From NCBI RefSeq assembly GCF_009914755.1, contig NC_060947.1: a stretch of 64,000 nucleotides of DNA. The stretch is one strand, 5' to 3'. The notes under the pieces are model-generated. The model was not told the DNA's origin and ran no database searches. It saw only the letters and a program-made list of their open reading frames with translations. Within the stretch, counting starts at the first letter, position 1. The number at the start of each line of letters is the position of its first letter. Made by a program: the position numbers and the translations under genes. The DNA is from the human T2T-CHM13v2.0 reference genome, Homo sapiens. Positions 26,385 to 42,852 of the stretch are shown here, piece by piece.

Positions 26385-29300
26385 TTTTTTAATCCATCCC
26401 CTCAAGCATTTATCCTTTGAGTTACAAACAATCCAATTACATTCTTTAAGTTACTTTAAAAGATACAATTAAGTTATTATTGACTATAATCATCCTATCG
26501 TGCTATCAATATTAAGTCTTATCCATTCTTTCTATTTATTTTGTATGCATTAACTATCCCCACCTTGCCCCCAGTCTCCCACTACCCTTCCCAGCCTCTG
26601 GTAACCATCCTGCTCTTTATGTACATGAGTTCCATTGTTTTGATTTTTAGATCCCACAAATAAATGAGAACATGCAATGTTTGTCTTCCTGTGCCTGGAT
26701 AATTTCACTTCACTTAATGATCTTCAGTTTCATCCATGTTGTTGCAAACTATTGGATCTCATTCTTTTTTTATGGCTAAATAGTACTTTATTGTGCATAT
26801 GTACCACATTTTCTTTATCCATTCATCTGTTGAAGGACACTTAGGTTGCTTCCAAATCTTAGCTATCGTAAAGAGTGCAGCAACAGAGGAGTGCAGATAT
26901 CTCTTTGATATACTGATTTCCTTTCTTTTGGGTATATACCCAAAAGCAGTGAGATTGCCAGATCGTATGGTCGCTCAATTTTTAGTTTTATGAAGAACCT
27001 CTAAACTGTTCTCCATACTGGTTTTACTAATTTGCATTCCCACCAACAGTGTACAAGGGTTCCCTTTTCTCCACATCCTTGTCAGCATTTGTTATTGCCT
27101 GTCTTTTGGATAAAAGCCATTTTAACTCTGGTGAAATGATATCTCAGTATAGTTTTGATTTGCATTTCTCTGATGATCAGTGATGTTGAGCAATAGAGTA
27201 CCTTTTCATATGCCTGTTTCCCATTTGTATATCTTCTTTGGAGAAATTTCTATTAAAATATTTTGCCTATTTTTTGACCAGATTATTAGATTTTTTTTCC
27301 TGGAGAGTTGAGTCCCTTATATATTCCGGTTATTAATCCCTTGTCAGATGGGTAGTTTGCAAATATTTTCTCCCATTCTGTAGGTTGTCTGTTCACTTTG
27401 TTGACTGTATCCTTTGCTGTGCAGAAGGTTTTTAACTTGATGTGATCACATTTGTCCATGTTTACTTGTCTGTGCGTGTGGGCTTACTCAAGAAGTCTTT
27501 GCCCAGACCAATGTCCTGGAGATTTTTCCCCAATGTTTTCTTGTAGTAATTTCATAGTTTGAGGTCTTAGAGATAAGTCTTTAATCCATTTTTATTTGAT
27601 TTTTGTATATGGTGAAAGATAGGGGTCTAGTTTCATTCTTTTACATATGGATATCCAGTTTTCCCAGCACCATTTATTGAAGAGATTGTCTTCTCCCCAG
27701 TGTATGTTCTTGACACCTTTGTCAAAAATGAATTCACTGTATGTGTGTGGATTTGTTTCTGCGTTCTCTATTCTGTTACATTGGTCTATGTGCCAGTACC
27801 ATGTTGTTTTGGTTACTATAGCTCCATAGCATAATTTGAAGTCAGGTAATGTGAGTCCTCCAATTTTGTCCTTTTTGCTTAGGCTACCTTTGGCTATTCT
27901 GGATCTTTTGTGGTTCTATATACATTTTACAATTGTTTTTTCTATGTCTATGGAGAGTATTATTGGTATTTTGATACAGTTTGCATTGAATCTGTAGATT
28001 GGTAGTATGGACATTTTAACAATATTGATTTTTCCAATCCATGAACATGGAATATTTTTCCATTTTTGGTGTCCTCTTCAAGGTCCTTCACCAGTGTTTT
28101 ATAGTTTACATTATAGAGATCTTTTACTTCTTTGGTTAAGTCCTGGGTATTTAATTTTATGTGTGACTATTGTAAACGAGATTACTTTTTTAAAAATGTC
28201 ATTGTCACATTGTTCACTGTTGTCATATAGAAAGGCTACTGATTTTTGTGTGTTGATTTTCTATCCTGCAACTTTATTGATTTTAACAGCTCTAACAGTT
28301 CTCTTTAAAGTCTTTAGGTTTTTGCAAATGTAAAATCATATTACCAGCAAACAAGGATAATTTGACTTCTTCCTTTCCAATTTGGGTGCTCTTTATATCT
28401 TTCTCTTGTCTGATTGCTCTAGCTAGGAATCCCAGTACTATGCTTAATAACAGTGGTGAAAGTGGGCATCCTTATATTCCAGATCTGAGTAGAAAAGCTT
28501 TCAGTTTTTCCCCGTTCAGTGTAATACTAGCTGTGGGTCTGTCATATATGGCTTTTATTATGTTGAGGTATGTTCCTTCTATCCCCAGTTTTTTTAGGGT
28601 TTTTATCATGAAGGGATGTTGAATTATATCATATGTTTTTTCAGCATCAATTGAAATTATCATATGGTTTTTATCCTTCATTCTGTTGATATGATGTATC
28701 ACATTGATTGATTTGTGTATGTTGAAACATCCTTGCATCCCAGGGATAAATCCTACTTGATCATGATGAATGATCTTTATAATGTATTGCTGAGTTCAGT
28801 TTGCTACTGTTTTGTTGAGGATTTTTGCATCGATATTCATCAGAGATGTTGGCCTTTAGTTTTCTATTTTTGATGTGTCTTTGGTTTTAGTATCAGGGTA
28901 ATACTGGCGTTGTCGAATGAGTGTGGAAATATTCCCTTCTCCTCTATTCTTTGGAATAGTTTCAGTAGAATTGGTGTTCGTTCTTCTTTAAATATTTGGC
29001 AGAATTCAGCAATGAAGCCATTGGGTCTCAGGCTTTTCTTTACTGGGAGACTTTTTACTAGCACTTTGATATCATTACTTGTTATTGGTCTATTCACTTT
29101 TTGGAGATCCTCCTGGTTCAATCTTGGTAGGTTGTATGTATCTAGGAATTTGTCAATTTCTTCTAGATTTTCCAATGTACTGGCATATAGTTGCTCATAG
29201 TTAGCCACTAACAATCTTTTGAATTTCTGCAGTATCAGTTGTAATGTCTCCCTTTTCATTTCTGATTTTGTTTATTTGGATTTTCTCTCTTATTTTTCTT

Positions 29301-31973
29301 AGTCTGGCTGAAGGTTTGTCTATTTTGTTTAACTTTTCAAAAAACCAACTTTTTGTTTCATTGACCTTTTGTATTTTTTTATTTCAATTTTATTTATTTT
29401 TGCTCTGATTTTTATTATTTATTTTCTTCTACTAGTTTTGGGTTTGGTTTGCTCTTGCTTTTCTAGTTCTTTAAGATGCATCGTTAAATTGTTTATTTGA
29501 AGTTTTTTCTCTTTTTTAATGTAGGCACTTACAGCTATACATTTCCGAGTATTGCTTTTGCTGTATCCCATAGGTTTCGGTATGCTGTGTTTTCATTATC
29601 ATTTGTTTCAAGAAATATTTCAATTTCCTTCTTAATTTCTTCATTGACCCACTGGTCATTCAGAAGCATATTGTTTAATTTGCATGTATTTGTATAGTTT
29701 CCAAAATCCTCATTTTTAATTTCTAGTTTTATTCCATTGTGGTCAGAAAGGATGCTTGATATTATTTCATTTTTTTAATGTTTCAAGACTTGTTTTGTGT
29801 GATCTAACGTATGGTCTATCCTTGAAAATGATTCCTATGCTGAGGAAAAAAAATGCATATTCTACAGCTCTTAGGTGAGGTCATGTTTTCCTGGATGGTG
29901 TTGATGCTAGTAGATGTTCATCAGTGTCTGGGCTTTGAGGGTTAGGTATTTATTGTAATCTTCGCTGTCTGGACTTATTTGTAGCATCCTTCTTGGGAAG
30001 GCTTTCCATATAGTTGAAAGACGTGGGTGTTGTGATCTAAGCTGTATCTGCTTTAGGGGACACCCCAAGCCCAGTAATGCTGTGGTTCTTGCAGACTCAT
30101 GGAAGTACTGCCTTGATGGTCTTGGACGAGATCTGGGAGAATTCTCTGGATTACCAGGCAGAGACTCTTGTTCTTTTCCCTTACTTTCTCCAAAACATAC
30201 AGACTCTCTCTGTCTCTCTGTTCTAGCCATCTAAAGCTGGGGCTGGAGTCACACAAGCACCCCTGTGGTTACCAACACTGTGACTGCACTGGGTCAGACC
30301 TGAAGCCAACGCAGCACTGGATCTCACCCAAGGCCTGCTGTAACCACTCCCTGGCTACTGCCTATGTTTGCTCAAGGCCCTGGGGCTCTACAATCAGCAG
30401 GTGGCAAAGTCAGCCAAGCCTGTGTCCTTCCCTTCAGGGCAACACAGTCCCCCGAGCCCCAGGTGAGTCCAGAAGTGCCATCCAGGAGTTATGGACTAGA
30501 GTCAAAAACCTTAGATGTCTACCTGGTGTTCTATTGTATTGCAGCTGAGTTGACCCTCAAACCAAAAGACCCAGTCCTTCCCACTCTTTCCTTTCCTTTC
30601 CAAAGGCAGAGGAGCCCCACCCTGTAGCCAGCATCACCCCAGGCCATGAGGAGTACTGCCAGAGTAGTGCTGATGTTCCTTTAAGGCCCCAGGTCTCTAA
30701 AGTCAACTTGTAGTAAATGCTGCCTGGCCTGGGACTCACCCTTCAGGGCAATGGGTTCCCCTCTGGCCAAGGGCAAGTCCAGAAATGCTGTTCAAAAGTC
30801 AAGTCCTGGAATTGGGGACCCCAGGAGCCCAGTTGGTGATCCACCCCCTTGTGGCCATGCTGGTACCTAAGGTGTAAGACAAAGTCCCCATTACTTTTCC
30901 CTCTGCTTTTCTCAAGCAGAAGGAGTTTTGTGCCATAACCACCACAGCTCATTAGGTGCACAGTCTCACCTGAAGACAGCAAGTCTCAGAGGCTCAGCCA
31001 AGGCCCTTGATGTAGTACCTGGGTGTTGCTCCTGGTTGTTCAGGGCCCAAGGGCTCTTCAGTTAGCCAGTGATGAATGCTGCTGGGACTGGGTCCTTTCC
31101 TTCAAGGCAGCGGGTTCCCTCCTGGCCCAGGGTGTGTCTACAAATGTTGCCTGGGGACTAGGGCCTGGAACGGGGTGAGGGGGGGTGCCCTTCTTGACAC
31201 TGGCCAGTGCCCAATCCTGCTGTGGCTGAGCTGGTATCTTAGATGTAAGACAAAGTCCTCCCCACTCTTTCCTCCCTTCTCAAGCAGAAGGAAGGGGTCT
31301 CTTTTGGATCAATGACCTGTGCAGCTTGGGGTTAGGGGAGGGGTGATGCCATCAGTCCCTTGGCTGCTCCAGCTGGTGTCTCAGTAGGTCATGTGCCCCC
31401 CAGTCCACTGTCTCTGGGCCTAATTCAGCACGAGGACTTGCCTAGGAGTTGCAGTCCCTTATGGCCTAGACTGTCTTTCAAGTGTACTTGGAGACACAGT
31501 GCTGTAGCCCTGGGTGGTGAAGTTTGTAGGCACTCAAGTTCAGACCCACCTGGGATCAATGATTCCTCTCTGGCTAGGGCTGGTTTAAGTACTCCTTCCA
31601 TGGGTGGGCACCAGCTGAGTTTGGTTTGGTTTTCCTTTCTGTTCTAACAGGACAGCACTGAATTCAATGATTCACAATTGCTATGCTCTCTCTTCCCCAG
31701 TGCCCAGAGTTGTTCTCCGCACCACGCTGCTGCTGCTGGGGTGGGGGAGGGGTGGCATCGGCTATTCAGGATTGTTTTTTCTATCTCTTCAGTGCCTCTT
31801 TCAGCGATATGAGGTTAAAACCAGGTACTATGAGTGCTCGCCAGATTTCGCCAGATTTTTGGTCCTTAGGAAGGTGTTTTTTTTTTCTGTGTAGATAGTT
31901 GTTAACTTGGTGTCTTTGCAAGGGAGACAATTGGTGGAGTTTTCTATTCTGCCACCTTGCTCTGCCCTTTGCC
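26385..31973 (-). mobile_element. L1MA(2-3)-class element with 5'UTR and a large internal deletion
   Basis: 5' end gcagagcaaggtggcagaatagaa; ORF2 RT fragments (28472-28738, 28864-29259); TSD catttttacaa (26374-26384 / 31974-31984). Confidence 0.88.
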
Positions 31974-33630
31974 CATTTTTACAAACTTTTGAGTTGACAT
32001 GTTTTCATTTCTTTTGCATACATACCTAGGGGTGGTTTTTCTGGGTGATATGCTAAGTCTATGTCTTTGAATAAGTACCAAACTATTTTGCAAAGTGGCT
32101 ATACCCTTTTACATTCCCACCAGCAGTGTAGGAGAGTTCCAATTTCTCCATATCCTTGCCAATACTTATTATCTTTCTTCTTGATTAAAGCCATCCTATT
32201 CTAGTGGGTGTGATGTGGCATGTTGTCCCTTTGATTTGCATTTTCCTGATGAATTTGATGTTGAGCATCTTTTCATGTACTTATTAGCCATTTATATATC
32301 TTTTTGGAGAAATGTCTATCCAGATACTTTGTCCAACATTTCATTGGATTATTTGTCTTTTACTTATTGAGTTATGAGTTCTTTATATATTCTTGATGCA
32401 AGCTCTTATGAGATATATGATTTGCAAATTTTTCTCCCACTCTGTGATTTGTCTTTTCAGTTTCTTGATGGCATCCTTTGAAGCACAAAAGTTTTTATTT
32501 GGATGAAGTATAATTTATCAATTTTTAATTTTATGGATAGTGCTTTGGGCATTGCATCCAAGAGCTCTGCCCAATCTGAAGTCACAGGATTTTTTTTCCT
32601 ATATTATCTTCTAAAAGTTTTATAGCTTTAGCCCATACATTTAGGTCTATAATCCATTTTGAGTTAATTTTTTAATACGGTGTGCATTAATAATCTAAAC
32701 TCCTCTTTTTGCATGTGGATATCCAATTCTCCTAGACCATTTGTTGAAAAGACTATTCTTTCTGCACTGGCTTGTGTTACCATGTTTGTCAAAAATCAAT
32801 TGACCATAAATGGACTCTCAATTCTATCCCATTGATCTCTTTGTCTTTGTGACAGTACTAAACTGTCCTGATTTCTAAGTTTTAAAACAAGAAGTTTTGC
32901 CTTTTCAAAGTTGTTTTGGCTATTCTATATCCTTTGTATTTCTACGTAAATTTTGGGATCAGCTTGTCAATTTCTACACAAAAGCTTACTGTGGCTTTGA
33001 CAGGACTTGAATTGACATTATACATCAATTTTGGATAATTGCCGTCCTGACAATATTGAGACTTCCAATCCATGATCATGGATTCTGTCTCCTTTATTTA
33101 GATCTTTATTTTCTCTCAGTAATGATTATAATTTTCAGTGCACATATCTTTTGTTAGATTTACCTGTAAGTATTTCACATTTTTGATGGTATTGTAAATG
33201 GCATTTCAAAACTTTAATTTCTGAGTGTTTGTTGCTAGTATATAGACACAATTGAATTTTGTATACTGGTCTTGCATCCTTTGACTTTTCTTTTTTTTTT
33301 ATTATACTTTAAGTTTTAGGGTACATGTGCACAATGTGCAGGTTTACTGCAGCGCTATTCACAATAGCAAAGACTTGGGACCAAGCCAAATGTCCAACAA
33401 TGATAGACTGGATTAAGAAAATGTGGCACATATACACCATGGAATACTATGCAGCATCCTTTGACTTTTCTAAACTACTTATTAGTTCTTTTTTTATGGA
33501 TTCCTTGGAATTTTCTACATACAGGGTCATGTAATCTGCAAATAAATACATTTTTACTTTTTTCTTTTCAATCTGGATGCATTTTATTTATTTACGTACT
33601 TACTACACTGGCAAGAACTTCCAATTAAAT
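31974..33630 (-). mobile_element. L1MB-class ORF2 3' region, right part
   Basis: Continues the host after the TSD: catttcttttg..atacctagg..ttacattcccaccagca. Confidence 0.85.
33292..33453 (-). mobile_element. Tiny 5'-inverted (twin-primed) L1PA insertion
   Basis: 18-bp TSD gcatcctttgacttttct (33274-33291 / 33454-33471); poly-T plus L1 3' end on (-), then ~108 bp of ORF2 on (+). Confidence 0.95.
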
Positions 33631-33639
33631 GTTCCTGAA

Positions 33640-35327
33640 GGACATTAGAAGTGCTATTCCAGTGAATACATGAAAAATAAGAAACAGTCTTATTGCTGAT
33701 ATGGAGAAAGTTTTAGTGATCTGGATAGATCAATATAGCCACAACATTATCTTCAGCCAAAACCCAATCCAGGGTAAGGCCCTAACTAAATTCAATTCCA
33801 TGAAGGCTGTGAGAGGTAAGGAAGCTGAACAAGAAAAGTTGGAAGCTAGCAGAGGCTGATTCATGAGGTTTAAGGAGAGAAGTCATTTCCATAACATAAA
33901 AGTGCAAGGTGAAGCAGCAAGTTCTGATGGAAGTTGCAGCAAGTTATCCAGAAGATCTACCTAAGATAATTGATGAGGGTGGCTATACTAAACAACAGAA
34001 TATCAGTGTAGATGAAACAGCTTTCTATTGGAAGAAGATGCCATATAGGAGTTTCATAACTAGAGTGGAGAAGTCAATGCATGGCTTCAAAGCTTCAAAG
34101 GACAGGCTGACTCTCTTATTAGGGGCTAATGCAGCTGATGACTTAAATTTGAAGCCAGTACTCATTTAACATTCCAAAAATCCCATGGCCCTCAAAAATC
34201 ACCTAAATCTACCTGTGCTCTATAAATGAAACAACAAAGCTTGGATGAAAGCATGTCTGTTTACAGCATGGATTACTGACTATTTTAAGCCCACTGTTTG
34301 AGACTTGTTGCTCAGAAAAAAGATTACTTCAAAATATTGCTACTCATTCACAATGTACCTTTTCACCTAAGAGCTCTGGTGGAGATATACAAGGAGGTTA
34401 ATGTTTTCATGACTGCTATTATAACATCCACTCGGCAGCACATGGATCAAAGAGTAATAGCAACTTTCAAGTCTTATTATTTAAAAAATACATTTCATAA
34501 ACCTATTGCCGCCATAGATACTTATTCATCTGACGGATCTGGGCAAAGTAAATCAAAAACCTCTGGAAAGGATTCACCATTCTAGATGCCATTAAGAATA
34601 TGATTCATGTGAGGAGGTCAAAATTATTAACATTAACAAGATTTTGGAAGAAGTTGAGTCCAACCTTCAGGGATGATTTTAAGGAGCTCAAGATTTCAGT
34701 AGAGGAAGTAACTATAGATGTGGTAGAAATAGCAAGAGAACTAGAATTAGAAGTGGAGCCTGAACATGTGACTGCATCGCTGCAATCTCATGATAAAAAT
34801 GCAGCAAATAGGAGTTGCTTCTTATGAATGAGCAAAGAAAGTTGTTTCTTGAGATGGTACCTATTCCTGGTGAAGATGCTGTAAACATTGTTGAAATGAC
34901 AACAAAGATTTTAGAATATTCCATAAACTTAGTTGATAAAGCAGTAGCAGGGTTTGAAAAGATGGACTCCAATTTTGAAAGAAGTTCCACTGTGAGTAAA
35001 ATGCTATCAAATAGCTTTGCATGCTACAGAGAAATCTTTCATGAAAGGAAGCGTCCATCAATGCTGCAAACTTCCATTGTTGTCTTCTCTGAAGAAATTG
35101 CCACAGCCACCCAGCCTTCAACAACCACCTCCCTAATCAGTCAGCAGCCATCAACATTGAGGCCAGATCTTCCTCCAGCAAAAAGATGACTACTTGCTGA
35201 AGGCTCAGATGATCCCTACCATTTTGGGCAATAAAGTATTTTTAAATCAAGGTATGTACATTGTTTTGTAGACATAATGCTATTGAATACTTAATAGACT
35301 ACAGTATGGTGTTAACATAACTTTTAT
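33640..35327 (+). pseudogene. Tigger1 DNA transposon, decayed transposase (5' end missing)
   Basis: ORFs 33909 (..[44 protein letters not shown]), 34298, 34600 and 34815 are frameshifted pogo/Tigger DDE transposase pieces. Confidence 0.95.
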
Positions 35328-35659
35328 TTTTAAGGATAACCTAGGATCCAATTGCCATTTATTTCAAGAGTGCCACACGGACAGGAGACAACTCAATAAA
35401 TTATTAAATACTTGCACTATTTCAGTATTTGTATGTAATTGTAAAGATAAATACATTGTGTATGATTCCTCTGCTTCTATTTTGTTTGATTTTCCTGATA
35501 ATCCATCTTGAGCCCAGAGAACTGTACTTGCATGTACTTCCTGTACTTAGCAAAAGGAAAGCATTCAAAGGAAGGACAGTTAAGGAAGGAAATTAGTAGA
35601 TGGTACTTGGCAAGTATAGTAAGGACCAATTTGGAAGGTCCAGCTGAATTTTGAAGATT

Positions 35660-36623
35660 TTGTTTTTAATTTTTTTATTTCAATAGCTTTAGGAATACAC
35701 ATGAGTTTTGGTTACATGGATGAATTATATAGTGGTGAAGTCTAGAATTTTAGTGTACCTGTCATCTGAGTATTCAAATGGTATACATTGTACTCAATAG
35801 GTAGTTTTTTCTCCCTCACTCCACTCTCACCCTTCCCCCTTCTGAGACGCCAATGCCAGTATACCACTTTGTATGCCTTTGCTTATGCATAGCTTAGCTC
35901 CCATTTTTAAATGAGAACATGTGGTATTCGATTTTAGATTCCTGAGTTAGAATAATGGCCTCCAGTTCCATTCAAGTTGCTGCAAAGGGCATTATTTTGT
36001 GCTTTTCAAATGGCTGAGTAGTATTCCATGGTGTATATATACAGCATTTTCTTTATCAACTCATTGGTTGATGGGGACTTAGGTTGATTCCATATCTTTG
36101 CAATTGTGAATTGTGCTACAATAAACACATGTGTGCTGGTGTCTTTTTGATATAGTGACTTCTTTTCCTTTGGGTAAATACCCAGTAGTGGGATTGCTGG
36201 ATTGAATGGTAGATCTACTTTTAGTTCTTTGAGAAATCTCCATACTGTTATCCATAGAGGTTGTATTAACTTACATTCTGATTAGCAGTGTATAAGTGAT
36301 CCTTTTTTACCACATCCACACCAAACTTTTTTTTTTGTACTTTTTAATAATGGCCATTCTGGCTGGAGTAAGGTGGTCTCTCATTGTGGTTTTAATTTGC
36401 ATTTCCCTGAAGATTAGTGGTGTTCAGCATTGTTTTCATATGTTTTTTGGCCATTTGTATATTTTTCTTTGGAGAAATGTCTATTCATGTCCTTTGCTGA
36501 CTTTTTAATGGGACTTTTTTTGTTTTTTTGAGGTTTTCTTTTTTGTAAATTCTGGATATTAATTCTTTGTTGGATGCATAGTTTGCAAATATTTTCTCCC
36601 AATCTCTGGGTTATCTGATAATT
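35660..36623 (-). mobile_element. L1PB 3' end, left part; continues at 42846-43896
   Basis: ttttggttacatggatgaattatatagtggtgaa L1PB-type 3'UTR; T-rich tail at ~35660-35680. Confidence 0.85.
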
Positions 36624-36904
36624 TTTAAAAATTTTATTATTATTATACTTTAAGTTTTAGGGTACATGTGCACAACGTGCAGGTTTATTTATTTATTTTT
36701 ATTATACTTTAAGTTTTAGGGTACATGTGCACAACGTGCAGGTTTGTTACATATGTATACATGTGCCATGTTGGTGTGCTGCACCCATTAACTCATCATT
36801 TACATTAGGTATATCTCCTAATGCGTTCCCTCCCCACTCACCCCACCCCACAACAGGCCCCAGTGTGTGATGTTCCCCTTCCTGTGTCCAAGTGTTCTCA
36901 ATGT

Positions 36905-40735
<3,831 letters not shown>

Positions 40736-40798
40736 TATGATGTTATCTGGTTATTTTGCTCGTTAGTTGATGCAGTTTCTTCCTAGCCTTGATGGTCT

Positions 40799-41814
40799 TT
40801 ACAATTTGGCATGTTTTTGCAGGGGCTGGTACCGGTTGTTCCTTTCCATGTTTAGTGCTTCCTTCAGGAGCTCTTTTAGGGCAGGCCTGGTGGTGACAAA
40901 ATCTCTCAGCATTTGCTTGTCTGTAAAGTATTTTATTTCTCCTTCACTTATGAAGCTTAGTTTGGCTGGATATGAAATTCTGGTTGAAAATTCTTTTCTT
41001 TAAGAATGTTGAATATCGGCCCCCGCTCTCTTCTGGCTTGTAGAGTTTCTGCCGAGAGATCAGCTGTTAGTCTGATGGGCTTCCCTTTGTGGGTAACCTG
41101 ACCTTTCTCTCTGGCTGCCCTTGACATTTTTTCCTTCACTTCTACTTTGGTGAATCTGATCTTTATGTGCCTTGGAGTTGCTCTTCTCGAGGAGCATCTT
41201 TGTGGCATTCTCTGTATTTCCTGAATTTGAATGTTGGCTTGCCTTGCTAGATTGGGGAAGTTCTCCTGGATAATATCCTGCAGAGTGTTTTCCAACTTGG
41301 TTGCATTCTCCCCGTCACTTTCAGGTACACCATTCGGACGTAGATTTGGTCTTTTCACATAGTCCCATATTTCTTGGAGGCTTTGTTCATTTCTTTTTAT
41401 TCTTTTTTCTCTAAACTTCTCTTCTCACTTCATTTCATTCATTTGATCTTCCATCACTGATACCCTTTCTTCCAGTTGATCGAATTGGCTACTGAGGTTT
41501 GTGCATTCTTCACGTAGTTCTTGTGCCATGGTTTTCAGCTCCGTCAGTTCCTTTAGGGACTTCTCTGCATTGGTTATTCTAGTTAGCCATTCGTCTAGTC
41601 TTTTTTCAAGGTTTTTAACTTCTTTGCCATGGGTTCGAACTTCCTCCTTTAGCTCGGTGAAGTTTCATCGTCTGAAGCCTTCTTCTCTCAACTCGTCAAA
41701 GTCATTCTCCATCCAGCTTTGTTCCGTTGCTGGTGAGGAGCTGCATTTCTTTGGAGGAGTAGAGGTGCTCTGATTTTTAGAATTTTCAGTTTTTCTGCTC
41801 TGTTTTTTCCCCAT
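40799..41814 (-). pseudogene. L1 ORF1p, frameshifted
   Basis: ORF 40957-41358 matches ORF1p then shifts frame after KNFQP; ATG at 41814. Confidence 0.93.
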
Positions 41815-42393
41815 CTTTTTGGTTTTATCTACCTTTGGTCTTTGATGATGGTGATGTGCAGATGGGGTTTTGGTGTGTATGTCCTTCCTGTTTGTTAGTT
41901 TTCCTTCTAGCAGTCAGGAGCCTCAGGTGCAGGTTTGTTGGAGTTTGCTGGAGGTCCACTCCAGACCCTGTTTGCCTGGGTATCAGCAGCAGAGGCTGCA
42001 GAACAGAGAATATTGGTGAACAGCAAATGTTGCTGCCTGATCGTTCCTCTGCAAGTTTTGTCTCAGAGGAGTACCCGGCTATGTGAGGTGTCAGTCCGCC
42101 CCTACTAGGGGGTGCCTCCCAGTTAGGCTACTCGGGGATCAGGGACCCACTTGAGGAGGCAGTCTGTCCATTCTCAGATCTCAAGCTGCGTGCTGGGAGA
42201 ACCACTGCTGTCTTCCAATCTGTCAGACAGGGACATTTAAGTCTGCAGAGGTTTCTGCTGCGTTTTGTTTGGCTATGCCCTGCCCCCAGAGGTGGAGGCT
42301 ACAGAGGCAGGCAGGCAGACCTCCTTGAGCTGTGGTGGGCTCCACCCAGTTTGAGCTTCCTGGCCGCTTTGTTTACCTACTCAAGCCTCGGCA

Positions 42394-42852
42394 ATGGCGG
42401 TCACCCCTCCCCCAGCCTTGCTGCCGCCTTGCAGTTTGATCTCAAACTGCTGTGCTAGCAATGAGTCAGGCTCTGTGGGTGTAGGACCCTCTGAGCCATG
42501 CGTGGGATATAATCTCCTGGTGTGCCGTTTACTAAGACCGTCAGAAAAGCACAGTATTAGGGTGGGAATGACCCGATTTTCCAGGTGCCGTCTGTCACCC
42601 CTTTCCTTGGCTAGGAAAGGGAATTCCCTGACCCCTTGCCCTTCCTGGGTGAGGCGATGCCTCGCCCTGCTTTGGCTCATGCTTGGTGCACTGCACCCAC
42701 TGTCCTGCACCCACCGTCTGAAAGTCCCCAGTGAGATGAACCCGGTACCTCAGTTGGAAATGCAGAAATCATCCATCTTCTGCGTCGCTCACGCTGGGAG
42801 CTATAAACTGGATCTGTTCCTATTCAGCCATCTTGGAACCGCTTCTATCTGA
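42394..42852 (+). CDS. L1 antisense ORF0 homolog, open for 152 codons; expression unknown
   Basis: [41 protein letters not shown] matches primate L1 ORF0; Kozak context gcaATGg. Confidence 0.55.

Noticed and set aside
30400-31300. Three diverged ~300-bp repeats (ccttcaRggca.. units)
   Set aside because: Consistent with the repetitive 5'UTR of L1M/L1MA elements, not locus-specific.
33909-35189. Domesticated transposase (TIGD1-like) gene
   Set aside because: Multiple frameshifts and stops, 5' end missing; an ordinary decayed Tigger1.
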